From assembly GCA_963422615.1 (NCBI GenBank), contig OY730414.1, forward strand, positions 124,001 through 188,000: DNA of 64,000 nucleotides, written 5' to 3'. Both the position numbers and the translations under genes were made by a program. The first letter of the stretch is position 1, and every line of letters starts with the position of its first letter. This DNA is from Longimicrobiales bacterium. Lineage in GTDB: Bacteria > Gemmatimonadota > Gemmatimonadetes > Longimicrobiales > Gaopeijiaceae. Shown piece by piece: positions 48,809 through 62,149 of the stretch. The notes beneath the pieces are model-generated. The model was not told the origin of the DNA, did no database searches, and worked only from the letters and a program-made list of their open reading frames with translations.

Positions 48809-48888
48809 CGAGCTGGGGGCTTCGCACCCGGCGGGAGATTCGGCCCAGGCCGACCCACTGAAACAATTCGGGAGAGGAGACAGCCAAG

Positions 48889-49767
48889 TTGGAGATCAAG
48901 AGCGTAGGCGTCGCCGGTTGCGGCCTGATGGGGAGCGGAATTGCGGAGGTAGCCGCCAGGGCCGGCTGCGACGTGGTGGTCCGGGAGGTTGACTCGGGAT
49001 CCGTGGCGGCCGGGCAGAGCCGGGTGGTGAAATCCCTGGACCGAGCCGTCTCGAAGGGGAAATTGGAGGGCAGCACCCGAAGCGACGTCCTGGCCCGGAT
49101 CGCGTTCACCACATCCCTGGAGGACTTCGCAAACAGCGACATGGTCATCGAAGCCATCGTGGAATCCCCCGACGCGAAAAACGAGTTGTTCGCGCGCCTG
49201 GACGGAATCTGCGGAAAGCACACGATCTTCGCTTCCAACACCAGTTCCCTCACGATTGTTGACATGGCAGCGGCCACGGCCCGTCCGGACCGCTTCGTCG
49301 GGCTCCATTTCTTCAATCCCGTACCGATCATGAAGCTGGTTGAGGTGGTTCGCACCATAGTCACCAGCCAGGAGACCTTCGATACGGCCTTCGCCTTCTC
49401 GAAGAAGCTGGGAAAGGTCCCCATTGCCGCCAGGGACAACTCCGGGTTCGTGGTCAACCTGCTTCTCGTCCCTTACCTGCTGGACGCGATCCGCCAGCTG
49501 GAACGGGGGGTGGCCACCATAGAGGACATGGACAAGGGCATGACTCTGGGCTGCGGATACCCCATGGGCCCCTTCACTCTCTGCGACTTCGTCGGAATCG
49601 ACACCCTTTACCGGATCTCGGAAATCATGTTCGAAGAGTACCGGGAAGATCGCTATGCCGCTCCACCCCTCCTGAAGCGCCTCGTTGCCATGAAGCGCTT
49701 CGGGAGAAAAACGGGAGCCGGGTTCTATGACTGGACCTCCAAAGGACCCATACCCCTCAAGCTGTAA
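48889..49767 (+). CDS. hbd: 3-hydroxybutyryl-CoA dehydrogenase
   Basis: GCGLMGSGIA, EAIVE, ASNTSSL, GLHFFNP, GFVVN, YPMGP. Confidence 0.93.
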   Translation: MEIKSVGVAGCGLMGSGIAEVAARAGCDVVVREVDSGSVAAGQSRVVKSLDRAVSKGKLEGSTRSDVLARIAFTTSLEDFANSDMVIEAIVESPDAKNELFARLDGICGKHTIFASNTSSLTIVDMAAATARPDRFVGLHFFNPVPIMKLVEVVRTIVTSQETFDTAFAFSKKLGKVPIAARDNSGFVVNLLLVPYLLDAIRQLERGVATIEDMDKGMTLGCGYPMGPFTLCDFVGIDTLYRISEIMFEEYREDRYAAPPLLKRLVAMKRFGRKTGAGFYDWTSKGPIPLKL

Positions 49768-49944
49768 CGCCGAAGCCCCCCGGGTAACGCCGAAGCCCCC
49801 CGGGCCCTCGGGGGTGCGCGTTCGGGTCGGACAGCTACAACAGACAGCTACAGAGGACAACGAGAGAAGTACCCACGTCGCGATGCAAAGTCGGTATCCA
49901 CCGCCGGCGCTGGACCCCGGAAGACTCCCGAACGGGGTGGGCGG

Positions 49945-50175
49945 TTAGCGGCGGGACCTCTTGGGACGCTGTTGGCGGCCCGACTTGCGCTGCCGCCGCC
50001 GCTCCCGCCGAATGGCCGCTTCTCGCCTCCGTTTGCGCTGGGCGCTCGGCTTCTCGTAGAACCGGCGCTTGCGAAGCTCCGAATAAAGGCCGGAGCGCTG
50101 CACCTTTCGCTTGAATCTGCGGAGAGCCCTTTCCAGGCTTTCGTTTTCCTTGACGACGATTTCCAACTGGACCAC
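49945..50175 (-). CDS. rpsU: 30S ribosomal protein S21
   Basis: [23 protein letters not shown]. Confidence 0.96.
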   Translation of the reverse strand: MVQLEIVVKENESLERALRRFKRKVQRSGLYSELRKRRFYEKPSAQRKRRREAAIRRERRRQRKSGRQQRPKRSRR

Positions 50176-50952
50176 CCCGGGTTCCGAAGGACAGTGAAGG
50201 GTTCTGGGGGTTCTTCTTAACCGATATTCAAGGAGGGCCCCGCATTAAGAGAGGGGCCCCATTCCCTCTCCTTGTGGCAAGCTCCGACTTCCGGCACAGA
50301 ACTTGAGGCTAACGTACCCATGGCAAGGGAGCAAGGGGACCACACCCAGCGTGCCCGGAGCACTTGCCCCCGCACCTCGGGTTCGGAATGGGACGCTCTG
50401 GGCTCAGCGAAATCGCTCGTGGCTGCCCCAAGATCCCCCCGGGGACCGACCCACCGTCGCGAAAGTGCTGTCTGCTGGAAATCCGGCCGCGGGCCCGTTG
50501 GAGGCCTCGAGTCAAACGGGCGGGGGGTGTTCTTCCGGCTCTTCCTCCGCCAGATCCGGGGACCCATCCCCCTCCCGTGGCCGACTCCGAATGTCAATTT
50601 TTGGCAAAAAATATGTTTCTCGTATTTCCTTCGGAAGGTCGACCAAACCTCACAAGTACCTATCGGAAATAGAACATAAGCGCCCCGGGATGAGCCCGAT
50701 CCAGTTCCCACAGGTAAAAGGGAACAGATGATTTCCCTAAATCGTCACTTTCCTGTAAATCATTGTTATAAAACAGTTTACCGAATCATAAGGACAGAAG
50801 CCACTCGTTCTTGCGGTTCTCGCTATCGCATTTTATCGTTCGTCTTCCAAAGTCATCAAGGATTGTCCGCCCCGGGCTTGGGTGGGCGGATTTCCTCGCG
50901 GTTTCAAAAACGTCATTTTCGTTTTTCATTCATCGGACAGGACAAGACCCAC

Positions 50953-51177
50953 ATGTGGAAAACGCGGTCCGTACTCTTGAACGTTCGTCTTCCTGCCGAC
51001 TTGGCCGCAGAGGCAGAAGAGGTTCAGCAATCCGATCCAGACTTCCTCGGCCGGATCATCCAGTACGGTCTTACCCGGCGTTCCATCTACCTGCGGGCCC
51101 AAGAGGCGGAAGAGAAGGCCGGGGGGTTGGCCTCCCCCCACCGCCGAGAAGCGGGAACCGCCTCTGTGCAGAAGTAG
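50953..51177 (+). CDS. Small hypothetical protein, possible ribbon-helix-helix
   Basis: MWKTRSVLLNVRLPADLA.. beta-helix-helix pattern. Confidence 0.6.
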   Translation: MWKTRSVLLNVRLPADLAAEAEEVQQSDPDFLGRIIQYGLTRRSIYLRAQEAEEKAGGLASPHRREAGTASVQK

Positions 51178-51513
51178 GGCCTTCCCGCCCCCTAGGGCGG
51201 GATCTTCAGCCCGTTTCGAATTCAATCGCCTTGAACCTTGCCCTCCAGGCGGCTCTCCCGGCAGCCGGCCCCCTTGCAGCAACTCTGACGAAGCCCGGTG
51301 CGGGGGGCTACTTGTCCGGCGGCGCTTCGTCACTTCTGCTGCGGAGTGTCAGGAGGTCCCGGGCACGTCACGCTTGACTTTCCTCATCCACCGACCCAAT
51401 CTTCTTTGTTTTCGGCAAATATGCGGGGTATGGGGCATGAAGGTGGGGGGTGATGTTTCCGCTCGTCTTTGCTTGAACAGCCAAGATATTCAAGGGTTTA
51501 TGTGAAGACGGAG

Positions 51514-51870
51514 ATGACGGACCAAGCTGGAGAGCGCGTGCTTCGAGGGAAGTACAGGGACTACTGTTCGGCTTGTGTGGCCGATGCGCTCCTGTCTCTT
51601 TCACCCGACCAGATCTACACCTTGTCCAGGAGTGAATCCGGCGCGGTTGACCGGCTAGGTTCGGCGTCATACAACGATGCGATCCGCCTGGCCGAAGAGA
51701 AGATACGGGACAAACTGAAGCTTCCCGACTTTCAGACCTGGGTCGAACAGTACAAGAAGGACCCAGATCGGTTCGACCCCCACCTGATAGGCCTCTGGGA
51801 ATCGGAGGAACCGGCTACGCTACCGGGTCGGCCCAAAGAGAAAGAAGAAGAGGGCCGCCGCCCCGGTTGA
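51514..51870 (+). CDS. Hypothetical protein
   Basis: GGAG RBS; KYRDYCSA..LPDFQTWVEQY globular sequence. Confidence 0.7.
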   Translation: MTDQAGERVLRGKYRDYCSACVADALLSLSPDQIYTLSRSESGAVDRLGSASYNDAIRLAEEKIRDKLKLPDFQTWVEQYKKDPDRFDPHLIGLWESEEPATLPGRPKEKEEEGRRPG

Positions 51871-52107
51871 CGTATGGAGCATGGCGGAAGCGGGGGGCAT
51901 TGGGGCAGATATTGCCGATAGAACACACTCAAGACGGTCCTGGTGCCACTTTTGGGGAGCCCCCGGAGCGGAACTGGACCCGGGGCGGGCGCACCAAAGC
52001 GCCGGCCTCCCGCTCCAACTTACCCTTGATTTACCTCGGGGGAAACGGCGCTTCCGAACATGGGGGCCGGAGCGGACAGAAACCCGAGAGAGCCCTGTTT
52101 GTAATCC

Positions 52108-52323
52108 CTACTTGTAGCGGTAGGTGACCCTGCCCCGAGTTAGGTCATACGGGGACATCTCAACCTTGACCCGGTCTCCCGCCAGTACGCGAATGTAGAA
52201 CTTGCGCATCTTCCCGGAGAGGTACGCCAAGATCTCGTGACCGTTCTCGAGCTTCACCCTGAAGTTGGCGTTGGGGAGCACCTCGGTAATGGTGCCTTCC
52301 ATTTCGATTGCATCGGTGGCCAC
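52108..52323 (-). CDS. infA: Translation initiation factor IF-1
   Basis: [38 protein letters not shown]. Confidence 0.97.
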   Translation of the reverse strand: MATDAIEMEGTITEVLPNANFRVKLENGHEILAYLSGKMRKFYIRVLAGDRVKVEMSPYDLTRGRVTYRYK

Positions 52324-52359
52324 GTTCTTTTCCTCGCTTCGTGCTAAGCCGGTCCCCAA

Positions 52360-52788
52360 TCAGAACGGCAGATCGTCGTCGGGTTCGGAAATGGGCGGCC
52401 GTTCAACCGCCGGTTGCCGGTATTCGCCGCCTCTTGTCGGTCCCCCGGGGCTCCCGGTCGACCCCAGCATGATCATTTCCTGTACAATAATGTCGGTCCA
52501 GTATCGGGTACCTCCCTGCTCGTCCTGCGTCTGAGAGTACTCGATTCGGCCCTCAATATAGAGTCTGTCTCCCTTCTTGACCCACTGCTCCACCACATCC
52601 ACGAGTCGGCCGAAGAAGGTGAGTCGGTGCCACTGGGTCAGCTCCTGCTGTTGTCCCGAACGGTCCTGGAAGGACCGATTGGTGGCAAGGGAGAGCTTGC
52701 CGACTCGAGTGCCCGAGGGGGTTGTCCGTACGTCGGGATCGCCCCCCACATTGCCGATCAACGTCGCCTTGTTCAGTGAACGTGCCAT
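52360..52788 (-). CDS. ssb: Single-stranded DNA-binding protein
   Basis: SLNKATLIGNVGGDP, TQWHR, KGDRLYIEG, C-terminal DDDLPF. Confidence 0.97.
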   Translation of the reverse strand: MARSLNKATLIGNVGGDPDVRTTPSGTRVGKLSLATNRSFQDRSGQQQELTQWHRLTFFGRLVDVVEQWVKKGDRLYIEGRIEYSQTQDEQGGTRYWTDIIVQEMIMLGSTGSPGGPTRGGEYRQPAVERPPISEPDDDLPF

Positions 52789-53153
52789 GTATCCTCAATA
52801 CCGGAAAGCCGCAGAGACGGGCCTCGAGCATTCGCCTTGGGGTTGCGGTCGTTCCCTCAACGCCGCTCTCACCCCCGCGTCTGCCCAAGGGCTAGGGTTC
52901 GTAACGTAAGTTAGACACAACCGAATCGCCAAGCGGGCCGGTCTCCCCGCCTCCCGTCCCGGCCAACCGACGACCGGTCCCTTATGCTCCAAAGAGTGCC
53001 GCCATAGTGCCGCTGGCCGACGTCATAAGTTCATGGATGTCTTCCTGCCGGGCACCCCGGATATTGGCCGACCCCGGATCCGGTTCCTAAATTGCTGCCC
53101 TCGTTTTCCGAGATCTTGATCCAGCCCTTGTCCAAGCTCTTCCAGAGAATGGC

Positions 53154-53939
53154 ATGACCACGGCCGAATACGTCAGAACCGAAACCTCCGATTCCGTTGC
53201 GACGGTGACCATCGATCGCCAGAACAAGCTGAACGCCCTAAACTCCAGAGTAATCGCGGAGATTGACCGAGCATTCACCGATCTGGCCTCCGACGGTAAC
53301 GTGCGCGCCGTCATCCTCACCGGCGCGGGCGATAAGGCCTTTGTCGCCGGGGCCGACATCGGGGTTCTTGCGGAGATGGAGCCGCTGACGGGTGTCGAAG
53401 CGAGCCGAGCCGGCCAGGAAGTCCTTCGGCGGATCGAGGGCTTCCCGAAGCCGGTGGTGGCGGCGGTCGGGGGCTACGCCCTGGGTGGCGGCTGCGAGCT
53501 CGCCTTGGCCTGCCACCTGCGAGTGGCGAGCGAGCGCGCCCGCTTCGGTCTGCCGGAGGTGAGTCTGGGGATCATCCCGGGGTACGGGGGTACGGTGCGT
53601 CTCGCGCGGCTGGTGGGGCTGGGCCGGGCCATGGAGATGGTGCTGACCGGAGATATGATCAATGCGCAACGGGCCGGGGAAATCGGCCTCGCGAACCTCG
53701 TCGTCCCTCACGGGGAGCTTATGGACCGCACCCGGACCTTCGCGGCCCGGATCGCGAGAAACGCCCCCGTCGCCCTCGAGATGGCCCTCAAGTCCGTGTA
53801 CGCCGCCGCGGAAAACGGCATGGATCAGGCCTTGGCGTTCGAATCGGCCCTATTCGGCGTGTTGGCTTCCACCCGCGATATGAAGGAGGGCATGGCCGCG
53901 TTCCTGGAGAAACGCCCAGCCGGTTTCGAAGGAAAGTAG
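53154..53939 (+). CDS. Enoyl-CoA hydratase (crotonase family)
   Basis: KLNALN, AFVAGADI, ALGGGCELA, PEVSLGIIPGYGG. Confidence 0.94.
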   Translation: MTTAEYVRTETSDSVATVTIDRQNKLNALNSRVIAEIDRAFTDLASDGNVRAVILTGAGDKAFVAGADIGVLAEMEPLTGVEASRAGQEVLRRIEGFPKPVVAAVGGYALGGGCELALACHLRVASERARFGLPEVSLGIIPGYGGTVRLARLVGLGRAMEMVLTGDMINAQRAGEIGLANLVVPHGELMDRTRTFAARIARNAPVALEMALKSVYAAAENGMDQALAFESALFGVLASTRDMKEGMAAFLEKRPAGFEGK

Positions 53940-53997
53940 GCCCGGAACGGGAACGGGTTTCGCTACATTACTTGATGCTCGGCCTGTTCGACATCCG

Positions 53998-55142
53998 TTG
54001 TTTCCGGCTCCGTTCGTGGTTTTGAGGGACTTGATGTTGCAGCACTTCCGGAACCTCGGGGTCCAGGAGTTGCGCTTCCCTCCGGAGGGAGTGGCCATAA
54101 TCGGCGACAACGGGCAGGGGAAGACCAACCTCCTTGAAGCAATCTATTACCTGGAGAGCTTCCGGTCCTTCCGGGGAGCCAGCGATACCGAGCTGGCGGC
54201 TTTCACGGAAGATGTGTTCCACATCAAAGCATCGGTGGACGGAGCCGAACCGACCACGGTAGCGGCAGGATTCGACCGCAAGCGCAAGAAGAAAAAGGTG
54301 TCGGTAGACGGAAACGATATCCGCCGGATTTCTGCCGCTCTCGGGCGCTTGGGAGCCGTGGTCTTCTCGCCGGCGGACGTCGGGCTGGTCAGCGGAGGAC
54401 CCCACTGGCGGCGACGTTTTCTGGATATCGTGCTCTCCCTCAACCGAAGCGGATACATGAAGGCGATCCAGGGGTACCGACAGGCTCTGGGCCAGCGCAA
54501 CGCGGCCCTGAAGGCGAAGGGGGGCTCCGCTGCGGTGCGGGCCTGGGACGATGTGCTCGTTGAAAGAGGAACTCGGGTCACGCGCTTCCGGTACGAGTGG
54601 GCGGACACCTGGGGCGAACCCTTCTCGGCCTATTACGCCGCCATCTCCGGCGGGGATCCGGGGGCTCTGGCCTACAAGCCGAATTTGGGAGATGGAAGCA
54701 AGGACCATGGAACAGACGGCATGAGTGCCGATTCGGTTCGGGAACGCTTCAGGAAACGCCTGGAAGAAGGATGGGAGACGGATTCCCGCCGGGGCGTGAC
54801 CGGGGCCGGACCCCACAGGGACGAGCTCCTCTTCACCATTCGGCCACAAGGCCGGTGTGTACCGGCCCGAGTCTTCGGATCGGGAGGACAGCGGCGCACG
54901 GCAGCGCTCGCCCTCCGCCTCACAGAGGCCGCGACAATCCGGCGCCAGCGCGGAGCCGAGCCCATCCTCCTGCTGGACGACGCCTTCGCCGAACTGGATC
55001 CTGGAAGGTCCGAGCGCGTCATGTCCCTCATGGAGGAGGAGGGTACGGGCCAGGTGATCCTCACGGCCCCGAAGGAATCGGATGTACGGATGAGGAGCTC
55101 TTCCCTGGTACGGTGGCGAATCAGAGACGGCACGGTCCAAGC

Positions 55143-55146
<4 letters not shown>
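53998..55146 (+). CDS. recF: DNA replication/repair protein RecF
   Basis: GDNGQGKTNLLEAI, RRRFLD, GPHRDEL, SGGQRR, LLLDDAFAELD. Confidence 0.96.
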
Positions 55147-57567
<2,421 letters not shown>

Positions 57568-57587
57568 CATCACATCAAGGAGGGAGT

Positions 57588-60500
57588 ATGCCTTTCAAGT
57601 CCAGTGCTAATGGTGCCGGAGTCGTTGTCGCACTCCTGGCACTCGCGACAGGAGCCCCGGAACCTGCCCAATCTCAAACCGGGACCATTCAAGGGCAGGT
57701 GGTGGACGCCTCTTCCCGGCGCCCGCTCTCCGAAGCCCAGGTCTTGGTGGAAGGAACCGGGATCGGCCAGTTGGCCAACTCCTCAGGGCGTTTCGTGCTC
57801 CTGAACGTACCCGTCGGCCAGCAGGTCGTGCGGGTAACCTTGATCGGCTACGACGAGGTTGAGCGGACCGTTTCGGTCGGGGTCGGCCAGACGGTCACCC
57901 TCGATTTCGAGTTGGCGTCGAAGGCGATCTCCCTGGACGAGATCGTCGTGACGGGTCTGGGGGCCGAGACGACCCGACGGGCCCTGGGAACCTCGGTCGA
58001 GGTGCTCAACGAGGAGGATATCGCCCTGGTACCGGTCCAGTCCGTCGATCAGCTCCTCCAGGGTCGGGTTCCGGGTGCGACGGTCAACGCCACCTCGGCC
58101 CAGCCGGGCACGGGTTCCTTGATCAACTTCCGGGGCGTGACGTCGGTTTTCAGCGCCCAGACCCCCGTCATCTACGTAGACGGGGTTCGCGTAGACAACG
58201 ACCAATCCACGGCTGCCGGAACGGGGGGGGAGCAGTCCTCGGCCCTGTCCGACCTCCTCACCACCGACATCGAAAGGATCGAGATCACCAAGGGAGGCGC
58301 AGCGTCCACCCTCTTCGGTTCGGACGCCGCCACTGGAGTGATCCAGATCTTCACCAAAAAGGGGGTACCGGGTGCCCCCCGAATCACGGCTCGGATCGAG
58401 CAGGGCATTGAAATGCCCGAGCTCAAGTACATCTTCGACACGCGCGTCATCTTCCCCGAACGGGTCGAATCGGGCGAGGTGACCGGCACCTTCATGGAAG
58501 ACCTCTACTTCAAGAACGGTCTCAACGAGACCTATTACGCCGGCATTTCCGGGGGTACGGACGCAGTGACATACAACGTCAGCGGCCGCCTGGAAGACCG
58601 GGAGGGAACCCAGCCCAAGGACGCCAGCACGAACTACAGCCTCCGGGGTGGCCTTCAAGCTTCCGTCAGGGAGGACCTAACCCTTGAGTTCTCCGGCAGC
58701 TACGTCCGTCACAACTTCCAGCGGCTCTTCAACGGCGCGGCAATTGCGGATCCCCTGACCACCTTCGAGGTCGGAGATGCCCTCTTCTTCTCTGGAGCGT
58801 CCACACTCCAAGAAGCCCTGGATATCTTCCTCCTCCCGGACATTGAAGAAGCAGTCAGCCGGTTCATCTTTTCCGCTGGTGCTCGCTGGAATGTCCGGGA
58901 CGATCTCAGCACCCGGATCACGGTGGGCGCAGACAACCGCTACAACCAGCAACGGGTTTACGAACCGATTGGCTTCACGCCCGGCATCGGTCAGGGGCAG
59001 GCCAACCGACGCGATCGCAAATTCGTGTCCGTCTCCTTGGACGCGGGGGCAACCTACAGCTGGGCAAGCGCCAACGACGCGATCGGCTCTTCCATTTCCG
59101 CCGGCGTGCAAGGCTTTCGGGAAGATGAAAGCATCATTAACGGAAACGGCCGCATCTTCGCCCTTCCGGGGACCACCGACTTCGACGCCACAGCGTTTAT
59201 TACGGCTGGCGAATTCAACCGGGAGGTCTTCAACGGCGGCTTCTATATGGACGAACAGCTGAGCCTGTGGGACAAGTTGTACGTGGGAGGCGGTTTTCGT
59301 ATCGACGCCGGATCCAGTTTCGGAGATGACATCGACACCGAGTTCTACCCCAAGGCCACCGGGTCCTACATTCTCTCGGAGGACTTCCAGGTCGGATTCG
59401 TTGACGAATTGAAGCTCCGGGCCGCCTACGGGGAGACCGGGAAGTTCCCGGGTGCCTTCCTCAAGGACCGGACTTTTTCGGCTCAACCCTTCCGGGGAGA
59501 ATCGGCACCCCGCTTCGCGAACCCCGGAAACCGGGAGCTCCGGCCCGAGAGAACTTCGACGATCGAAACCGGCATTGACGCGGCCCTCTGGAACAACCGG
59601 ATCGGCCTCAACTTCACCTACTACGACGCCAGAACGACGGACGCACTTTTCTCGGTCCCGCGACCCCCGGTGACGGGCCAGGGAAGCCAACAAGAAAATG
59701 TGGGCGAGATCCTGAACCAGGGGGTTGAGGTAGGGCTCAACGTTCAGGTGTTGAACATACAGCGTCTGGCTTTCTCCGTCGGTGGAACCTTCCAGTACAA
59801 CCACAACGAAGTTATGGACATGGGCGGGGTCGCCGATTTCTCGGTGGACGGGAGCCAGAAGCGGGTCCGAGAGGGCAAAGCCATAGGCTCTTGGTGGATC
59901 TTCACACCGACGGATACCAACGGGGACGGGCTCCCTGATAACACGGAGCGCTTGTTCAGCGGCGAATCACCTGTTCCCGACAAGAGCGGAGGCATAAACA
60001 CAACGATTTCTGTGGGCAACAACCTCACCATCATCGGCTTGGCCGACTGGGCCGGCGGCCACCAGGCGTTCGACTGGGGCTCGGTGTGGGCCACTTTCAA
60101 CGGCATCTACCGTCGGGAGCGCGTCCTGTGCGGGCCTGAGCCCGAAGACCTCGAGGGGTGCGATTACCAGTTCCCCATCCAGTACAACGAAGACGGAACG
60201 GAGCGCGGCAAGTATAGCCAAAGCTCCGCCCGTAGCGCGTTTCTGTACGACGGCGACTACTTCAAGATCCGGGAGGTTTCCGTGCGGTATGTTCTGCCCG
60301 AGGGGATCGCATCCCGGATAAACGCCAATCGGGCAACGGTGTACGCGACGAGCCGAAACCTGTGGATCTGGTCCCGAAACCAACTCATTGACGGTGAGCT
60401 CAACGGGCTCAGCGGCGGCGGGTTGGTTCTGGGCAGCGAAAGCAGCATTACCCTGCCTCCGAACCGGATGTACAGATTCGGTGTTGAGGTTGTGTTCTAA
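57588..60500 (+). CDS. SusC/RagA-like TonB-dependent receptor
   Basis: Signal peptide, carboxypeptidase-regulatory-like domain, LDEIVVTG, IERIEITKG..LFGSDAATGVIQIFTK, C-terminal Phe. Confidence 0.94.
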   Translation: MPFKSSANGAGVVVALLALATGAPEPAQSQTGTIQGQVVDASSRRPLSEAQVLVEGTGIGQLANSSGRFVLLNVPVGQQVVRVTLIGYDEVERTVSVGVGQTVTLDFELASKAISLDEIVVTGLGAETTRRALGTSVEVLNEEDIALVPVQSVDQLLQGRVPGATVNATSAQPGTGSLINFRGVTSVFSAQTPVIYVDGVRVDNDQSTAAGTGGEQSSALSDLLTTDIERIEITKGGAASTLFGSDAATGVIQIFTKKGVPGAPRITARIEQGIEMPELKYIFDTRVIFPERVESGEVTGTFMEDLYFKNGLNETYYAGISGGTDAVTYNVSGRLEDREGTQPKDASTNYSLRGGLQASVREDLTLEFSGSYVRHNFQRLFNGAAIADPLTTFEVGDALFFSGASTLQEALDIFLLPDIEEAVSRFIFSAGARWNVRDDLSTRITVGADNRYNQQRVYEPIGFTPGIGQGQANRRDRKFVSVSLDAGATYSWASANDAIGSSISAGVQGFREDESIINGNGRIFALPGTTDFDATAFITAGEFNREVFNGGFYMDEQLSLWDKLYVGGGFRIDAGSSFGDDIDTEFYPKATGSYILSEDFQVGFVDELKLRAAYGETGKFPGAFLKDRTFSAQPFRGESAPRFANPGNRELRPERTSTIETGIDAALWNNRIGLNFTYYDARTTDALFSVPRPPVTGQGSQQENVGEILNQGVEVGLNVQVLNIQRLAFSVGGTFQYNHNEVMDMGGVADFSVDGSQKRVREGKAIGSWWIFTPTDTNGDGLPDNTERLFSGESPVPDKSGGINTTISVGNNLTIIGLADWAGGHQAFDWGSVWATFNGIYRRERVLCGPEPEDLEGCDYQFPIQYNEDGTERGKYSQSSARSAFLYDGDYFKIREVSVRYVLPEGIASRINANRATVYATSRNLWIWSRNQLIDGELNGLSGGGLVLGSESSITLPPNRMYRFGVEVVF

Positions 60501-60527
60501 ATGCGATCAAAGGAGACTCAAGAGAAA

Positions 60528-62006
60528 ATGATCATCAAGAACATGCCGACCCTCGGGAGACTCGGGAGAGCAGGGCGAGGGATAACCCTCCTGGCCGTCT
60601 TGGCCCTGGCAAGCTGTGACGCCATTGACCCCACCCGGGTAAACAATCCGACAACCACGGACGACGACCTCGCCCTGGCACTGAAACCTACAGAAGCGTT
60701 GCTGCCTGGGCTCCGGGCCCAGTTCGCCCGGATGATCAACGCCTACGTTACGGCTACCGCGGTCATCAGTGACGACTACTCGATCCACGGAACGGGCATC
60801 GTCGTGGACATGGACGAACCCCACGCAGTCACACCCGATCTGGTCAATTCGACGGGTACGAGCGCCAGCGGCGCCTACTGGAACGTCCAGGAGCTCCGGG
60901 CCTTGGCCGACTTTGTCATTGACGAGATCGTGCCCGACGACGCGACGGCTCCGGCGTCCCTCGTCGCCGAAGCCCACTACTACCGGGGCATGGCCTACCT
61001 GACTCTGGGCGAGATCTTTTCCTACGCGCCCCACGAAGAAGACGGGACGCCCCAACCCGCGTCGGCCGCCCTGGCCAAAGCCGTCACCGACCTTCAAGCT
61101 GCAGCGGATTTCGGACCGCAGACGAAGGCGGCCCTTGCCCGGGCTCATCGGCTGTTGGGCGATGCTTCAGCAGCCGAGGCGGCGGCTATGGCGGTGCTGA
61201 ACTTCGGGCCCAATTTCCTGTTCAGTCAGGAATATGATGCCCTGTTCCTCAGCAACACGCCTGTGGCATTTTTGGTCCTTCGGGCCCTCCAGGAGATGCA
61301 GCCCCTCCCCAGACTCGATTTCCTGGACCCCAAGTACACGTGGTACGATTCCCCGATTCCCATCGCCAAGGCGGAGGAGATGCACCTGATCCTCGCCGAG
61401 ATCGATTTGGCCGCCGGGAACCTAGGGGCCGCCGGAAAGCACTTGGCGGACGCCATCAACGTGGCCGGGACCCGAGGCAGGGTCTCTTTCAACGACCTTG
61501 ACGAGCGTCGGAACGCGGATTTGAGCCTGCGTCCCCGAAGCTCGGAAATTCTGGTCCGGGCTGACGCGGCCAGCCCCTTCCGAGCGGGGCTCGTGCTGGA
61601 CCGCCCCGCTTCCGATCTTATGGTTCCCGACGTATCGGCGACCTCCCTGGACGCCGATAGCGTGTCCGCGCTTGCAAGCTCGCCCGAACTCTGGCACGCC
61701 CTGTGGCTGGCCCGACAGGAGATTCTATTTCTGGAAGGCCGACGGCTTGCGGATCTGGGAATCAAGCTTCCCATGATGATGCGGGAGATTGACCAGCACG
61801 ACAACATCAACGAAGGCGACCCAGGAACGAAACCGGTCATCCCCAGCTACATTCCCCAGAGCCCTCGTTATGCCATGGACATCTATACGCCTCTCATCCT
61901 GTACGACGGGGACGGCCCGTTTGCACGGCTGATCAAAACCGAAGTGACGCTCGGGGTGGACATGAACCGGGTCTTGGTCGCGAACAACGTATCGCCGTTC
62001 AACTAG
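60528..62006 (+). CDS. SusD/RagB-like lipoprotein (alternative start 60501)
   Basis: LASC lipobox, AEEMHLILAE, LFLEGRRLADL; follows the SusC-like gene. Confidence 0.85.
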   Translation: MIIKNMPTLGRLGRAGRGITLLAVLALASCDAIDPTRVNNPTTTDDDLALALKPTEALLPGLRAQFARMINAYVTATAVISDDYSIHGTGIVVDMDEPHAVTPDLVNSTGTSASGAYWNVQELRALADFVIDEIVPDDATAPASLVAEAHYYRGMAYLTLGEIFSYAPHEEDGTPQPASAALAKAVTDLQAAADFGPQTKAALARAHRLLGDASAAEAAAMAVLNFGPNFLFSQEYDALFLSNTPVAFLVLRALQEMQPLPRLDFLDPKYTWYDSPIPIAKAEEMHLILAEIDLAAGNLGAAGKHLADAINVAGTRGRVSFNDLDERRNADLSLRPRSSEILVRADAASPFRAGLVLDRPASDLMVPDVSATSLDADSVSALASSPELWHALWLARQEILFLEGRRLADLGIKLPMMMREIDQHDNINEGDPGTKPVIPSYIPQSPRYAMDIYTPLILYDGDGPFARLIKTEVTLGVDMNRVLVANNVSPFN

Positions 62007-62055
62007 GCGGCTCGCTCCGCAGGCGCTGTATCCTGCATAATGGATTGAGTGACTT

Positions 62056-62087
62056 CGGTCGGCAGGGCCTGGAGGCTCTGCCGACCG
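62056..62087 (+). terminator. Strong hairpin downstream of the SusD-like gene
   Basis: cggtcggcagggcc-tgga-ggctctgccgaccg. Confidence 0.55.
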
Positions 62088-62149
62088 ACTTCCATTTGTT
62101 GAGCCGCCCTTTCCTCGGGCATCGGTCAAGCACAGGCCGATAGCTGTCC

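Noticed and set aside
50590..50940. oriC or dif site
   Set aside because: No TTATCCACA-like cluster, no dnaA, no XerC/D consensus visible
51370..51392. RNase P RNA (GAGGAAAGTC on minus strand)
   Set aside because: Not followed by CGGGC and no matching 3' ACAGAAxxCGGCTTA motif nearby
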